Source of the DNA: Chthoniobacterales bacterium
GTDB lineage: Bacteria > Verrucomicrobiota > Verrucomicrobiia > Chthoniobacterales > DASVRZ01
Assembly (NCBI GenBank): GCA_038228695.1
Contig: JBBRPA010000012.1
Span: forward strand, 82 to 64,081
Length of the DNA stretch: 64,000 bases
Direction: 5' to 3'
The position numbers and the translations under genes are program-made. The notes below the pieces were generated by a model. That model had not been told where the DNA came from. It worked only from the letters and a program-made list of their open reading frames with translations, and did not search any database. Shown here one piece after another: positions 45,849-55,591 of the stretch (the stretch's first letter is position 1; each line of letters begins with the position of its first letter).

Positions 45849-46559
45849 ATGAAACGTCTCCTCGCTGCCGTATTCTTCCTCAACCTCCATCCTCTCGCCG
45901 TTCAAGCGAACATCACGGGCCGCGTCACCCTCGTCGGCGAACCGCTTTATCCCGACGCGGTCATTCAGGGAGTAACCGACAAACACTGCCAGACCCATGG
46001 CGAAATCAAAACCGAGGATTGGAAAATCTCTACCGATCGCGGTCTCGGCGATGTGGTGGTGTCGATCGAAAATCCGCCGCCTTCCACTGCGAGCACGCCG
46101 GGGAAAATCACGATTACGCAGGAGGGATGCCGCTACCTTCCGCACGTTTCCGCGCTCCAAGCCGGCGGCTCCGCCGTGATCACCAACGGCGACGACACAC
46201 TCCATAACGTCCGAGGCATCGTCTATCTCGGTCGAGGAAAAGCCAGCCAGCCGATCTTTAACACCGGGCAGCCGATCAAAGGCATGGCGACCACCCAATC
46301 GTTTCCCAAGGCGGGTATCTTCCGCCTCAACTGCGACGTACACCCCTGGATGGAATCGTGGATTCTCGTCTTCGCCCACCCGTGGTTTGCGGTCAGCGAT
46401 GCCGACGGAAAATTCTCCCTGCCAGCCGGATTGCCGGACGGCGAATACACCCTCCAGGCTTGGCATAATCGTTTCAAAAATCCGCTCACGCAGAAATTCA
46501 CGGTGACTGGTGGAAACGCGGAGGCTAACCTCACTTTCGACGCTAACTTGGCTCAGTAA
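45849..46559 (+). CDS. exported cupredoxin-like / carboxypeptidase-regulatory-like domain protein
   Basis: signal peptide; 'Q.GCRYLPH', 'TLHNV', 'CDVHPWM', 'HPWFAVSDADGKF', 'GEYTLQAWH'. Confidence 0.75.
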   Translation: MKRLLAAVFFLNLHPLAVQANITGRVTLVGEPLYPDAVIQGVTDKHCQTHGEIKTEDWKISTDRGLGDVVVSIENPPPSTASTPGKITITQEGCRYLPHVSALQAGGSAVITNGDDTLHNVRGIVYLGRGKASQPIFNTGQPIKGMATTQSFPKAGIFRLNCDVHPWMESWILVFAHPWFAVSDADGKFSLPAGLPDGEYTLQAWHNRFKNPLTQKFTVTGGNAEANLTFDANLAQ

Positions 46560-46582
46560 GCCGTTGACCTTAAGGCAATGGT

Positions 46583-48847
46583 TTAAAGCAGCGGTTTAAT
46601 CAGCCAGCCTGCGGGCGGAATATCGCCGACTTCCACCGGCGTCTTCGATCCGGGGACGATGACTTTCACCGCCTTCATGGTTTCGCTGGCGTGCAGATTG
46701 ACTAACATCAGCGACCGATTTTTATCTCCGCGCAAAAACCCAAACAGCCAATGCCCGCTGGCTGTTTCACCACCGATTCGACCATAATCGCGATTCTCCT
46801 TATTCAACTCATTCAAGCAGACCAGCGGACCGTCCGTAAACGGAGGCTTGCTCACGTCCGCTAGAAGCGCCGCATATTTGTCCCGTAACGTTTTTTCGTC
46901 CGCGCTCAGTTTGTTAGTCAGCCAGCCGGTTAGCGAAGGCAGCGACCAATAATCAAAAATCGAACTCCGTCCGTCATCGCCTCCGAATCCTTCCACGCCC
47001 TCCGCCTTTTCGCCGTATTCCTGACCGCAATAAATCATCACTGGACCGCGACTAACTCCGAATAAAATAGCTGAAACCGCCGGGCCGATTTTTGACCCGA
47101 CGTTGCCCCAGTTATTTTTTGACGCCAGTCTCACCTCGTCGTGATTTTCCGCATAGCGCAGGCTGTTTTGGAAGAGCCAGTCTCCGGGAAGCTGCAAATC
47201 GTTGGCCCATTTTCCCTCGTCGTAAATTCCCTTTAACGTCTTATAACTCGGGTCGTCATAGACCGCGTTAAAACCCGCGTCGAGCAGATCGATCATCACG
47301 TTTCCAAATCCGGCGAGAAATGGGTCCGCTGCTGGAACCTTTGCTGGGTCGTTGTTATAAGCCTCGGCCATGAACCAGACGTTTGCTTGCCGTTCGCGTG
47401 CCCGGTGAATCGCCCATTTCCAAAACTCCGGCGGAATCATGTGCGACATGTCGCAGCGGAATCCGTCCACGCCCATTTCCTGCCAGTAGGCGAGAATGGC
47501 ATCCATTTTCAGCCACGTGTCGGGCACTTTTTCAGCAGGTGATTCCGCAGACGGGTAACGGCGCTCCTTGGTTAGGAATTGATAGCCGTAATTCAGCTTG
47601 ATCGTCTCATACCAATCGTTGCGGCCCGGGGTGAACGTAGCGGAGTTGTTGCCGGTCACTCTTGCAAAATCTTTCTCCCCATCAAATAACCCGTCGCGCC
47701 CGTCGCCCGGCTCGGTCGGCAATCGTAACGGCAGCTGGCCGAGATCGCTTTGCAGGTAGAAAAAATTGTTCGCCGGATTGAAAAAATGACTGTGGTCGTC
47801 GTCCCTACCAAAAGCTAGCTCCGGCCTGATGTCCGACCCGTAACTCCGCGCCACATGGTTCGGCACAAAATCAATCATCGCCCGCATTCCTTTTGCGTGA
47901 ATCCGATCTAACAACGCGCGAAACTCCGCCAAACGGTTCGCTGGTTCATCGGCGTAATCCGGACAAACATCGAAGTAATCCTTGATCGCATAAGGGCTGC
48001 CCGCGATTCCTTTGAGCAAATCTGGATCATCCGCCGGTTGCCCGATCGAAGCGTAATCTGTCCCGGTCGCCTGTTGCAGCACGCCGGTCAACCACAGGTC
48101 GGTGATGCCCATCGCGTTGAGCGAATCGAGCGCGGTATCGTTGATGCCACTGAATTTGCCCACGCCGTTTTCAGCCAGCGTGCCGTTCGTTTTTCGCGTC
48201 TCGTTCGTGTTCGAAAAGTGCCTTACAAAAAGCTGATAAATCACTGGGCGCTTCGCAGTATTCAGCCGATTCCGGTGAGTGACCGTTCCGGTGACCAGAT
48301 CGACCTCGTCGTAGCTCGCGAGGGCTTTGTCGCCCGTTCCTAGCGTGGCGCCCGGATCGTTCGCGGCGAGCAGTTCACCCCAGCCACCGGATGATTCGAG
48401 CGATTTTCGGTAGATCGCCACCGCAGCGGTTTTGGCGCTGTTGGCTTCCGGGAGCAAAATGGAAATCGTTGTTTCGCGGCCAGCGGACGTTCGCGTGACC
48501 GTTGGGTCGGCCCCGGCCGCCTGCCATTTCCAATCGGCCCAATTTCGAGCGACGGTTTCCGCTTTTCCGAACGAAAGCAATCGCTGCGCTTGAAACGGCA
48601 GAAACATCGTGGACCCCTCAGAGCGCGCCCCGTAAGGCAGGATCGCCGAGCCAAACGGCCCTGGAGAAAAGGCCACCGCGAGAAACAACCGGTCCGACTC
48701 GTGGCTCGTTGCCGAATCCGAAAAAGTCAGTTGCAACGAACCGTTGCGAACCGAGGCAGCGGAGAGAGAGATGACATCCATGGCGCAGAGTGGTGAAACA
48801 ATGAAAACAAAGCCGACAACGGAGAGCAAGTTTGGGAGAGAAAACAT
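46583..48847 (-). CDS. GH13 alpha-amylase family glycosidase with N-terminal extension
   Basis: 'GSPYAIKDY', 'DFVPNH', 'GVDGFRCDM', 'AEAY', 'ENHDE'. Confidence 0.9.
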   Translation of the reverse strand: MFSLPNLLSVVGFVFIVSPLCAMDVISLSAASVRNGSLQLTFSDSATSHESDRLFLAVAFSPGPFGSAILPYGARSEGSTMFLPFQAQRLLSFGKAETVARNWADWKWQAAGADPTVTRTSAGRETTISILLPEANSAKTAAVAIYRKSLESSGGWGELLAANDPGATLGTGDKALASYDEVDLVTGTVTHRNRLNTAKRPVIYQLFVRHFSNTNETRKTNGTLAENGVGKFSGINDTALDSLNAMGITDLWLTGVLQQATGTDYASIGQPADDPDLLKGIAGSPYAIKDYFDVCPDYADEPANRLAEFRALLDRIHAKGMRAMIDFVPNHVARSYGSDIRPELAFGRDDDHSHFFNPANNFFYLQSDLGQLPLRLPTEPGDGRDGLFDGEKDFARVTGNNSATFTPGRNDWYETIKLNYGYQFLTKERRYPSAESPAEKVPDTWLKMDAILAYWQEMGVDGFRCDMSHMIPPEFWKWAIHRARERQANVWFMAEAYNNDPAKVPAADPFLAGFGNVMIDLLDAGFNAVYDDPSYKTLKGIYDEGKWANDLQLPGDWLFQNSLRYAENHDEVRLASKNNWGNVGSKIGPAVSAILFGVSRGPVMIYCGQEYGEKAEGVEGFGGDDGRSSIFDYWSLPSLTGWLTNKLSADEKTLRDKYAALLADVSKPPFTDGPLVCLNELNKENRDYGRIGGETASGHWLFGFLRGDKNRSLMLVNLHASETMKAVKVIVPGSKTPVEVGDIPPAGWLIKPLL

Positions 48848-49054
48848 AACATATAGTGTAGGGCGACCGGAGTGAAGTGTTCAAGGCAGACCGCCTCAGC
48901 CGGGGAGATGATTCGTGGAATCGTTTGGAATTTCAAAATCAGGTTCGATCGTGTGGAGCGAAAACCGCTGAAACCAGACTGCGCCGGGTCCGACGTTTCA
49001 CCTTGTGGAAAGAGCGGTTTTGAGCTACAAGAAGGGCTCTCTTTTCAAAAATTT

Positions 49055-50866
49055 ATGAGCCAACCAACCACCGATATCATCCATTCCATCAGCGCCGCCG
49101 CCGAGCGGGGCGAAGTCATGAACGGCGCGGAGATCCTCGTCGCCTGCATGGAACGCGAAGGGGTGGATACCATTTTTGCCTATCCAGGCGGGGCCTCAAT
49201 GCCGATTCACCAAGCGCTCACGAAATCGACCAAAATCCGCACGCTTCTACCCCGGCACGAGCAGGGTGGCGTCTTTGCGGCAGGCGGCTACGCTCGGGCG
49301 ACTGGCCGCGCCGGAGTTTGCATGGCGACCTCGGGACCGGGTGCGACGAATCTGGTCACCGGCATTGCCGATGCCTTTATGGACTCGATTCCGCTCGTCG
49401 CGATCACGGGTCAAGTGCCGCAGGCAATGATCGGGCGGGGAGCCTTTCAGGAGACGGACGTTTTCGGAATGACGCTGCCGATCGTGAAACATAATTACCT
49501 CGTTTGGGACGTGAACGAGATTCCGCGCATCGTGAAAGAGGCTTTCTACATTGCCCAGTCGGGCCGGCCAGGTCCGGTGCTGATCGATGTTCCGAAAAAC
49601 ATCCAGAACGCTCGCACCCAGCCGATTTTCCCAGTGAACATCGACCTGCGCGGCTACCAGCCTACGCCCAAAGCCGACGACGTCGCACTCAACGAGGTCA
49701 TTGGCATGATTGCCGCCGCGAAACACCCGATGATTTATTGCGGTGGAGGCATCATTTCCGGCGAGGCATCGGCTGAGTTGCTCGAGTTCGTCGAGCGCTC
49801 CCAAATCCCCGTGGCGACCACGCTCATGGGCATCGGCGGATTCCCAGAAACGCACGAACTTTCCCTGAAATGGCTCGGTATGCACGGCACGGTTTACGCC
49901 AACAACGCCGTCAACGAGGCCGACCTGCTCCTCGCCATCGGCGTCCGTTTTGACGATCGCGTGACGGGCAAAATCGAGACCTTCGCGGAGCACGGAACGA
50001 TCGTCCACATCGACATCGACAACTCGGAGATCAACAAAAACAAAGTCGTCCGTCTCCCCATCCTCAGCGACGTGAAATATGCGCTGACTCGCCTGAACGA
50101 GCTTCTCGAAAAAAGTGGCCGCAAACGCGTGAAGAAAAACTTCACCACCTTCCCCGACTGGTATGTGCAGATCGACACCTGGCGGAAAGATTTCCCGTTC
50201 TGTTTCAAGGACACCGAGGAAGTCATCCAGCCACAATACCCGATCAAACTCCTCTGCGAGATGACCAAGGGCGAAGCAATCATCACCACCGGCGTCGGTC
50301 AGCATCAAATGTGGGCCGCGCAACATTACGATTTCGCGGAACCCCGCACGCTCATTACCTCTGCGGGCCTTGGCACCATGGGCTTCGGTCTGCCCGCCGC
50401 GATCGGCGCGAAAGTCGCCTTCCCCGATAAAGAAGTCGTCGATATCGACGGCGATGGTTCGTTCCTCATGAACGTGCAGGAACTCGCCCTCGCGCACATC
50501 GAAAAAATCGCCGCCAAAGTCATCATTCTAAACAACCAATACCTCGGCATGGTCGTGCAATGGGAGGATCGTTTCTACAAAAGCAATCGCGGTCACACCT
50601 TCCTTGGCGACCCGACTGACCTCGAACGCATTTACCCAGATTACCCAACGATGTGCGCAGGCTTTGGCGTCACTTGCGAGCGGGTCATTCACAAAAAAGA
50701 CCTCCGCGCCGCGATCCAGCGGATGCTCGATTCCAAAGAATGCTATGTCCTCGACGTGATGGTGCCTTATACCGAGCACGTGCTGCCGATGATCCCATCG
50801 GGCGGTTCCTACAAGGACATCATCACCGAAGGCCGCGATACCCTGAAGGCTGGCTCCGGACTGTAA
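49055..50866 (+). CDS. ilvB: acetolactate synthase large subunit
   Basis: 'YPGGA', 'RHEQ', 'TSGPGATN', 'GRPGPV', 'GVRFDDR', 'GQHQMW', 'GDGSF..N'; start moved to ATG 49055. Confidence 0.96.
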   Translation: MSQPTTDIIHSISAAAERGEVMNGAEILVACMEREGVDTIFAYPGGASMPIHQALTKSTKIRTLLPRHEQGGVFAAGGYARATGRAGVCMATSGPGATNLVTGIADAFMDSIPLVAITGQVPQAMIGRGAFQETDVFGMTLPIVKHNYLVWDVNEIPRIVKEAFYIAQSGRPGPVLIDVPKNIQNARTQPIFPVNIDLRGYQPTPKADDVALNEVIGMIAAAKHPMIYCGGGIISGEASAELLEFVERSQIPVATTLMGIGGFPETHELSLKWLGMHGTVYANNAVNEADLLLAIGVRFDDRVTGKIETFAEHGTIVHIDIDNSEINKNKVVRLPILSDVKYALTRLNELLEKSGRKRVKKNFTTFPDWYVQIDTWRKDFPFCFKDTEEVIQPQYPIKLLCEMTKGEAIITTGVGQHQMWAAQHYDFAEPRTLITSAGLGTMGFGLPAAIGAKVAFPDKEVVDIDGDGSFLMNVQELALAHIEKIAAKVIILNNQYLGMVVQWEDRFYKSNRGHTFLGDPTDLERIYPDYPTMCAGFGVTCERVIHKKDLRAAIQRMLDSKECYVLDVMVPYTEHVLPMIPSGGSYKDIITEGRDTLKAGSGL

Positions 50867-50900
50867 GTTAGTGGACGCGCGACCGGCTAAAGTTCGATCC

Positions 50901-51073
50901 TCACGCGCTCATAAACTCGTCGTGCAAATGACGATACTCGCCGCCCAAGGTTAGCAATCCCTCGTGCGTGCCGCGCTCAATGATGCGGCCCTCGCTCATG
51001 ACCAAAATAATGTCCGCTTTCCGAACCGTCGAAAGTCGATGGGCAATAACGAAACTAGTCCGCTTGTCAAAAA
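50901..51073 (-). pseudogene. orphan duplicate of the 3' end of the ABC exporter gene at 51913-53712
   Basis: reads [16 protein letters not shown]...HDEFMSA* with no start; 50909-51073 equals 51921-52085 except for one base. Confidence 0.9.
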
Positions 51074-51162
51074 ATAGATCGTTCGAGTGATGGCACCGGT
51101 TGTAGGAAGCTTGAACTCAAATAGGAACGTTATCGCCCGTGGCCACGCACGGCTTGTTCGCT
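51074..51162 (-). mobile_element. attC-like integron recombination site
   Basis: minus strand AGCGAAC-5 nt-GTGCGTGG...CCATCAC-6 nt-GATCTAT; L boxes pair with an extra C at position 4. Confidence 0.65.
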
Positions 51163-51642
51163 GTTGAGTTCACGGTTGAGTTCATCGTCCGACAGATCGG
51201 TATCAGAAATCGGAATGATGACCATTGGTTCCATGGCGAACTTGACTCCTTTCTCACATTCGGTTGGGAATGAGAACATCTTGAAAAGTTTCCCTGTCTT
51301 CCAACGGGTTGAGGCGCTGGGCATCTCGTTAAATCCGAGTTCCAGGTATCTCCCCCTGCTTGAGTTGCGAAACATCCTGAAAACTCTGGCACTCCGAATA
51401 TTGGATCGCTCAAACTCAATTCCTTCAATAATGACCCGATGTGCGGTAATCTTGATTACTGGAACCTTGCGAAAGGCAGACAAAATCATGGCCACGCCAA
51501 CAATAAAAAATAATCCCAATGGCACCCAAAAGCCTTTCGCGATCTTGTGCGTTGCTACGTAGCAAAAAATGGCAATCACGACGATGACGCAACCTGCACC
51601 TAGCGTGATTGGTAAACCTTTTTTACGATGCGCTGCTATCAT
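51130..51642 (-). CDS. hypothetical two-TM membrane protein (putative gene-cassette ORF)
   Basis: AT-richer than neighbours; two hydrophobic helices then a soluble domain; stop lies inside the attC-like site. Confidence 0.7.
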   Translation of the reverse strand: MIAAHRKKGLPITLGAGCVIVVIAIFCYVATHKIAKGFWVPLGLFFIVGVAMILSAFRKVPVIKITAHRVIIEGIEFERSNIRSARVFRMFRNSSRGRYLELGFNEMPSASTRWKTGKLFKMFSFPTECEKGVKFAMEPMVIIPISDTDLSDDELNRELNSEQAVRGHGR

Positions 51643-51912
51643 TGGATCCTTTTTCTGAGCGGACACTATTAGTAAATTGCGTGTGACATTTTCCCTTAGC
51701 CGCCGCGCGTAGTTTAACCGGTGCAATTGCGGCAGGCTAGGCTGCTTTTCTGCAACTTTCCGTTCGTAGAGGAAGCGCCAAACAGAAAACGAGCGGTTTT
51801 GGCGGTTGGGATTCTAGGAGTCAGAGCAATAATCACAAACAAACACTCCCTTGGCTAGCCGACACAGATTGTCGAGGGTAAATAATTCTTCAGTGCGCTG
51901 CTTACATCCCGA

Positions 51913-53712
51913 TTAGAGATTCATAAACTCGTCGTGCAAATGACGATACTCGCCGCCCAAGGTTAGCAATTCCTCGTGCGTGCCGCGCTCAATGATGCGG
52001 CCCTCGCTCATGACCAAAATAATGTCCGCTTTCCGAACCGTCGAAAGTCGATGGGCAATAACGAAACTAGTCCGCTTGTCAAAAAGTCGCTCGATCGCAT
52101 TCTGAACAATCAACTCGGTCTGCGGATCAACCGCGCTGGTTGCCTCGTCCAAAATGAGGATGCGCGGAGACGCTACCATCGCACGCGTAAAGCAAATGAG
52201 TTGCCGCTCTCCCGCAGAAAAATTCGCGCCGCGCTCAGAAACTTTCGTAACATAGCCGTCATTGAGTCCTAACAAAATCGCGTCCGTTCCAAGAATCCGA
52301 GCCGCCTCATACACCTCCTCGTCGGTGGCCTGCGGTTTCCCAAATTTCAGGTTTTCCATAACGGTTCCGGTGAACAGAAAGTTTTCCTGCGTGACGATGC
52401 CGATCTGTGAATGCAGCGAGTCGAGTGTAACCTCGCGCAGATCCACGCCATCCACCGTGATGCAGCCCTCTTGCGGTTCGTAAAATCGGGCTAGCAAACT
52501 AATAATACTGCTCTTGCCCGATCCCGTCGCTCCCACTAGCGCGATGGTTTGACCAGGCTCCGCGGCGAAATTAATTCCGTCGAGAATCCAGCGATCCTCT
52601 GGAGTAGCCGCGTAACGGAAAAAGACGTTTTCAAATCGCACCCAACCTTCGATGCGCGAGAGGCTGCGAGCCTTCGGGGCGTTGCTAATCTCGGGCGCGG
52701 TATCGAGCAATTGGAAAACACGCTCCGCGCTGGCTGCGGCAGAAAGCGTCTGGTTGAGCAACTCGCCCATGGCTTGCACCGGTCCAAAAAACATTCCCAA
52801 GTACATGCAAAACGCGGCCAGTTCACCGGGCGTGATCTCCTTGCGAACGGCCAGCGTTCCGCCATAGGCCAAAATGATCGTGGTGCCCAGCCCGGCGATC
52901 AATCCCATCCCGGGCAGGTAGGTGTGGAAAAGACGGGCGGTCCGGTAAGCGTGGCCGGCATATTCGCGGTTAAGCGATTCGAAGGCGTCGAAGTTTCTTT
53001 CCTGTCTCGCGAATCCCTGGACCACGCGAATGCCGTTCACGTTCTCCGCCACAGCGGCAGTGATACGCGACTGCGCAGCGCGTTGAAGACGGTAGGAGTG
53101 GAGGACGGTGGTCCGAAACCAGTAGGTCAACCAAAACAACATCGGCAGGACCACAGAGACCGCCGCGCACAAACGCCAGTCGTAGCCAGACATCAGAACA
53201 AGGACGCCGACAAGAGTAAGCACGCAGGTGACTAACTGATTTGCGCCATTGGTTAGAACATCCTGCATCGAGGTCATGTCCGAGTCTGCGCGAGAAATGA
53301 TCCGGCCTTGATGCGTGCGATCGAAATAGCTCAACGAAAGCGCCTGGATGTGGCGGAAGACGGCCTCCCGCAAATCGTTGATTGCGCCCTGCCCGGCGCG
53401 GAAGGATTGCCGAACATAAGTTACAGAAAAAATCCAGGTGAACACGAGACTAACAAGATAGATCCCGCTGATGACTAACAATCCGTGCATGGCGACGGAA
53501 ACATCGCCGGCATGACTCAGGTAGCGATCAATTCCCATCTGAATGAAGCGCGGCCCGAGGAGTTGGCAGACGACGACCGCGACCGAGGAAAGCAAACTGA
53601 GAATCACCGCAACACGATACGGCCGAAGGTAGAAGGAGAGGCGGGTGAGCAACGCGCCGTTCATCGGGCGCATTTCGAATTCCTCCTCGAGGAGCGGGTC
53701 AGGAGCTGGCAT
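51913..53712 (-). CDS. heterodimeric ABC exporter subunit B (MdlB/TmrAB-like)
   Basis: GATGSGKS, degenerate signature FSAGERQ, canonical ILDEAT, AHRLST; start moved to ATG 53712. Confidence 0.92.
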   Translation of the reverse strand: MPAPDPLLEEEFEMRPMNGALLTRLSFYLRPYRVAVILSLLSSVAVVVCQLLGPRFIQMGIDRYLSHAGDVSVAMHGLLVISGIYLVSLVFTWIFSVTYVRQSFRAGQGAINDLREAVFRHIQALSLSYFDRTHQGRIISRADSDMTSMQDVLTNGANQLVTCVLTLVGVLVLMSGYDWRLCAAVSVVLPMLFWLTYWFRTTVLHSYRLQRAAQSRITAAVAENVNGIRVVQGFARQERNFDAFESLNREYAGHAYRTARLFHTYLPGMGLIAGLGTTIILAYGGTLAVRKEITPGELAAFCMYLGMFFGPVQAMGELLNQTLSAAASAERVFQLLDTAPEISNAPKARSLSRIEGWVRFENVFFRYAATPEDRWILDGINFAAEPGQTIALVGATGSGKSSIISLLARFYEPQEGCITVDGVDLREVTLDSLHSQIGIVTQENFLFTGTVMENLKFGKPQATDEEVYEAARILGTDAILLGLNDGYVTKVSERGANFSAGERQLICFTRAMVASPRILILDEATSAVDPQTELIVQNAIERLFDKRTSFVIAHRLSTVRKADIILVMSEGRIIERGTHEELLTLGGEYRHLHDEFMNL

Positions 53713-55474
53713 GGTCGTCCTCCCTTCCCATTTGCGTTGCAAAAAGCCGGGTGTAGGCACCGTTTGCCGCGATCAGTTCTCGGTGCGTGCCCTGCTCGGC
53801 GATGCGGCCATGATCGAGCACGACAATTTTTTGCGCGTGCTTCACGGTGGAAAAACGGTGGGCGATGATGAAAGTGGTGCGGTTTTCCGTGAGCTTCCAC
53901 ATAGCTTGGCGAATGAGCCGCTCGGTCTCGGGATCGACCGCAGCCGTGGCATCATCGAGAATGAGGATGCGTGGGTTCATAATGAATGCGCGGGCAATGG
54001 CGAGGCGTTGTTTCTGGCCGCCGCTCAACGAGGTGCCGCGCTCGCCGATGAAGGTGTCGTAACCACTCTCGAGCTTACTAACAAACTCATGTGCTTGCGC
54101 CGCTCGAGCCGCGTCGATGATTTCGTCCATTGTCGCTTCGGGTCGGCCGAAGGCAATGTTCTCGGCCACAGTCCCGCTGAAGAGAAATGTTTCCTGAAAG
54201 ATCACCGCGACCGACCGGCGCAAACCTGCCAGGCTAAGTTCACGCACGTTGATATTTTCCACGAGCACATTTCCCGAGGTTGCCTCGTAGAATCGCGGAA
54301 TGAGATTAACTACGGTGGTTTTTCCGGAACCGGTTGGGCCAACCAGCGCCACGGTTTCGCCTGGCGCAACGGTCAACGAAAAGTTAGTCAGCGACGCTCG
54401 GCCTTCCTGGTAGGCAAAGCTAACATTTTCAAAACGAACCGCCCCATTTCCAACCGGTAACGGACTCTGCCCACTCACAATCGCGGGAGTCTGCCGGATG
54501 ATGGCGAGAATGCGCTCGGAGCTGGCGCTCGCGTTCTGCATGACGTTGGTGAAGTTGCCAATCAGATTGATGCGGTTGGTGATCGCGAGGAGATAGAAAA
54601 TGATCGTGGCCAGCGTGCCGATCGGGAGGGTGCCCGCGATGACCTGGCGCCCGCCGAGCCAGAGCATGAGCGGGAAGCTCAACCCGTAAATGAACTGCGC
54701 CAGAGGCACCCGGGAAGCCCAGTAGCTAACCGTATCCACCATGGCACCGTAAAAAGCGCTGCTGCGCATCCGAAATTTCGCCACCTCGCGTTCCTCGGAG
54801 GCAAAGGCCTTGACGACTCGGACCCCTGCAATGTTTTCCTGAATGACGGTGTTCATTTCCGCATGGCGGTCATGCACAGCCAACCAGCGCGGATGGAGGA
54901 CGCGCGCGTAGTAGGCGATCAAGCAAATGACAGGGGTGAGCACCGCTAGCAAGGTCCATCCGAGCACCGGACTCGCAAGAAACGTAAGGGTTACGGAAAC
55001 GCCGATCGACAAGGTGATGTCAACAGTTAGGAACAAGCAGGCAAAGAGAAAATCCTGCAACCGCATAATGTCGCTGGTGGACCGGGAGATGAGGTCGCCG
55101 GTTTTGTTAGCATCATGGAAGCTGAACGGCAGCCACTGGATCGCGTCGTAGATGTCTCCGCGAATGTCGGCAAGCGTGTCCTGAATTAGTCGACTGCGGA
55201 ACGGCCCGAGGACATGGCGCATGGTTTCGCGAGCGATCGAAATGCCGAGGTAGATCGCCGCAAAATAGAACGGCTGGAACGGTGCGCCGTGGGCCAGATG
55301 ATCACGCAGCGCGCTGATGGCGTGACCCAACACCTGGGGAAGAACCAGCTCCGCGCTAATGGTGAGAATGAGCAGGCCGTATACGTAGAAAACGAGTCGC
55401 GGATAAGCTCCGAGATAGGCGAGAATCCCAAACAGATTTCGCCGCGTGCTGGTTTGGACCGTTGGCGCGCTCAT
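53699..55474 (-). CDS. heterodimeric ABC exporter subunit A
   Basis: GPTGSGKT, canonical LSGGQKQ, degenerate Walker B ILDDAT; overlaps its partner gene. Confidence 0.92.
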   Translation of the reverse strand: MSAPTVQTSTRRNLFGILAYLGAYPRLVFYVYGLLILTISAELVLPQVLGHAISALRDHLAHGAPFQPFYFAAIYLGISIARETMRHVLGPFRSRLIQDTLADIRGDIYDAIQWLPFSFHDANKTGDLISRSTSDIMRLQDFLFACLFLTVDITLSIGVSVTLTFLASPVLGWTLLAVLTPVICLIAYYARVLHPRWLAVHDRHAEMNTVIQENIAGVRVVKAFASEEREVAKFRMRSSAFYGAMVDTVSYWASRVPLAQFIYGLSFPLMLWLGGRQVIAGTLPIGTLATIIFYLLAITNRINLIGNFTNVMQNASASSERILAIIRQTPAIVSGQSPLPVGNGAVRFENVSFAYQEGRASLTNFSLTVAPGETVALVGPTGSGKTTVVNLIPRFYEATSGNVLVENINVRELSLAGLRRSVAVIFQETFLFSGTVAENIAFGRPEATMDEIIDAARAAQAHEFVSKLESGYDTFIGERGTSLSGGQKQRLAIARAFIMNPRILILDDATAAVDPETERLIRQAMWKLTENRTTFIIAHRFSTVKHAQKIVVLDHGRIAEQGTHRELIAANGAYTRLFATQMGREDDHASS

Positions 55475-55591
55475 GCGCGGAGCATTATGAACGGCTCGCC
55501 GCGTTTCTCAACCTGCGGAGCAAAAAATCGTCAAAATTCCACACCACACGGAAACTCCACCCGCGTTGCACCGGCAGAAAAAGCGGTCGAA

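Larger units (their letters stand above)
50909..52085. repeat. 165-bp direct repeat pair (50909-51073 and 51921-52085) flanking an 847-bp insert
   Basis: base-by-base identity, single mismatch C50959 vs T51971. Confidence 0.95.

Noticed and set aside
48837-48864. ACATAACATATAGTGT resembles an NrdR box, and the minus strand weakly resembles a dif site
   Set aside because: It is a single copy overlapping the GH13 start codon with no nrd gene nearby, and the XerC arm is poor. A -10 box plus leaderless start explains it.
51913-55474. Degenerate Walker B (DD) and signature (FSAGE) as signs of pseudogenisation
   Set aside because: This is the normal asymmetric nucleotide-site pattern of heterodimeric ABC exporters.
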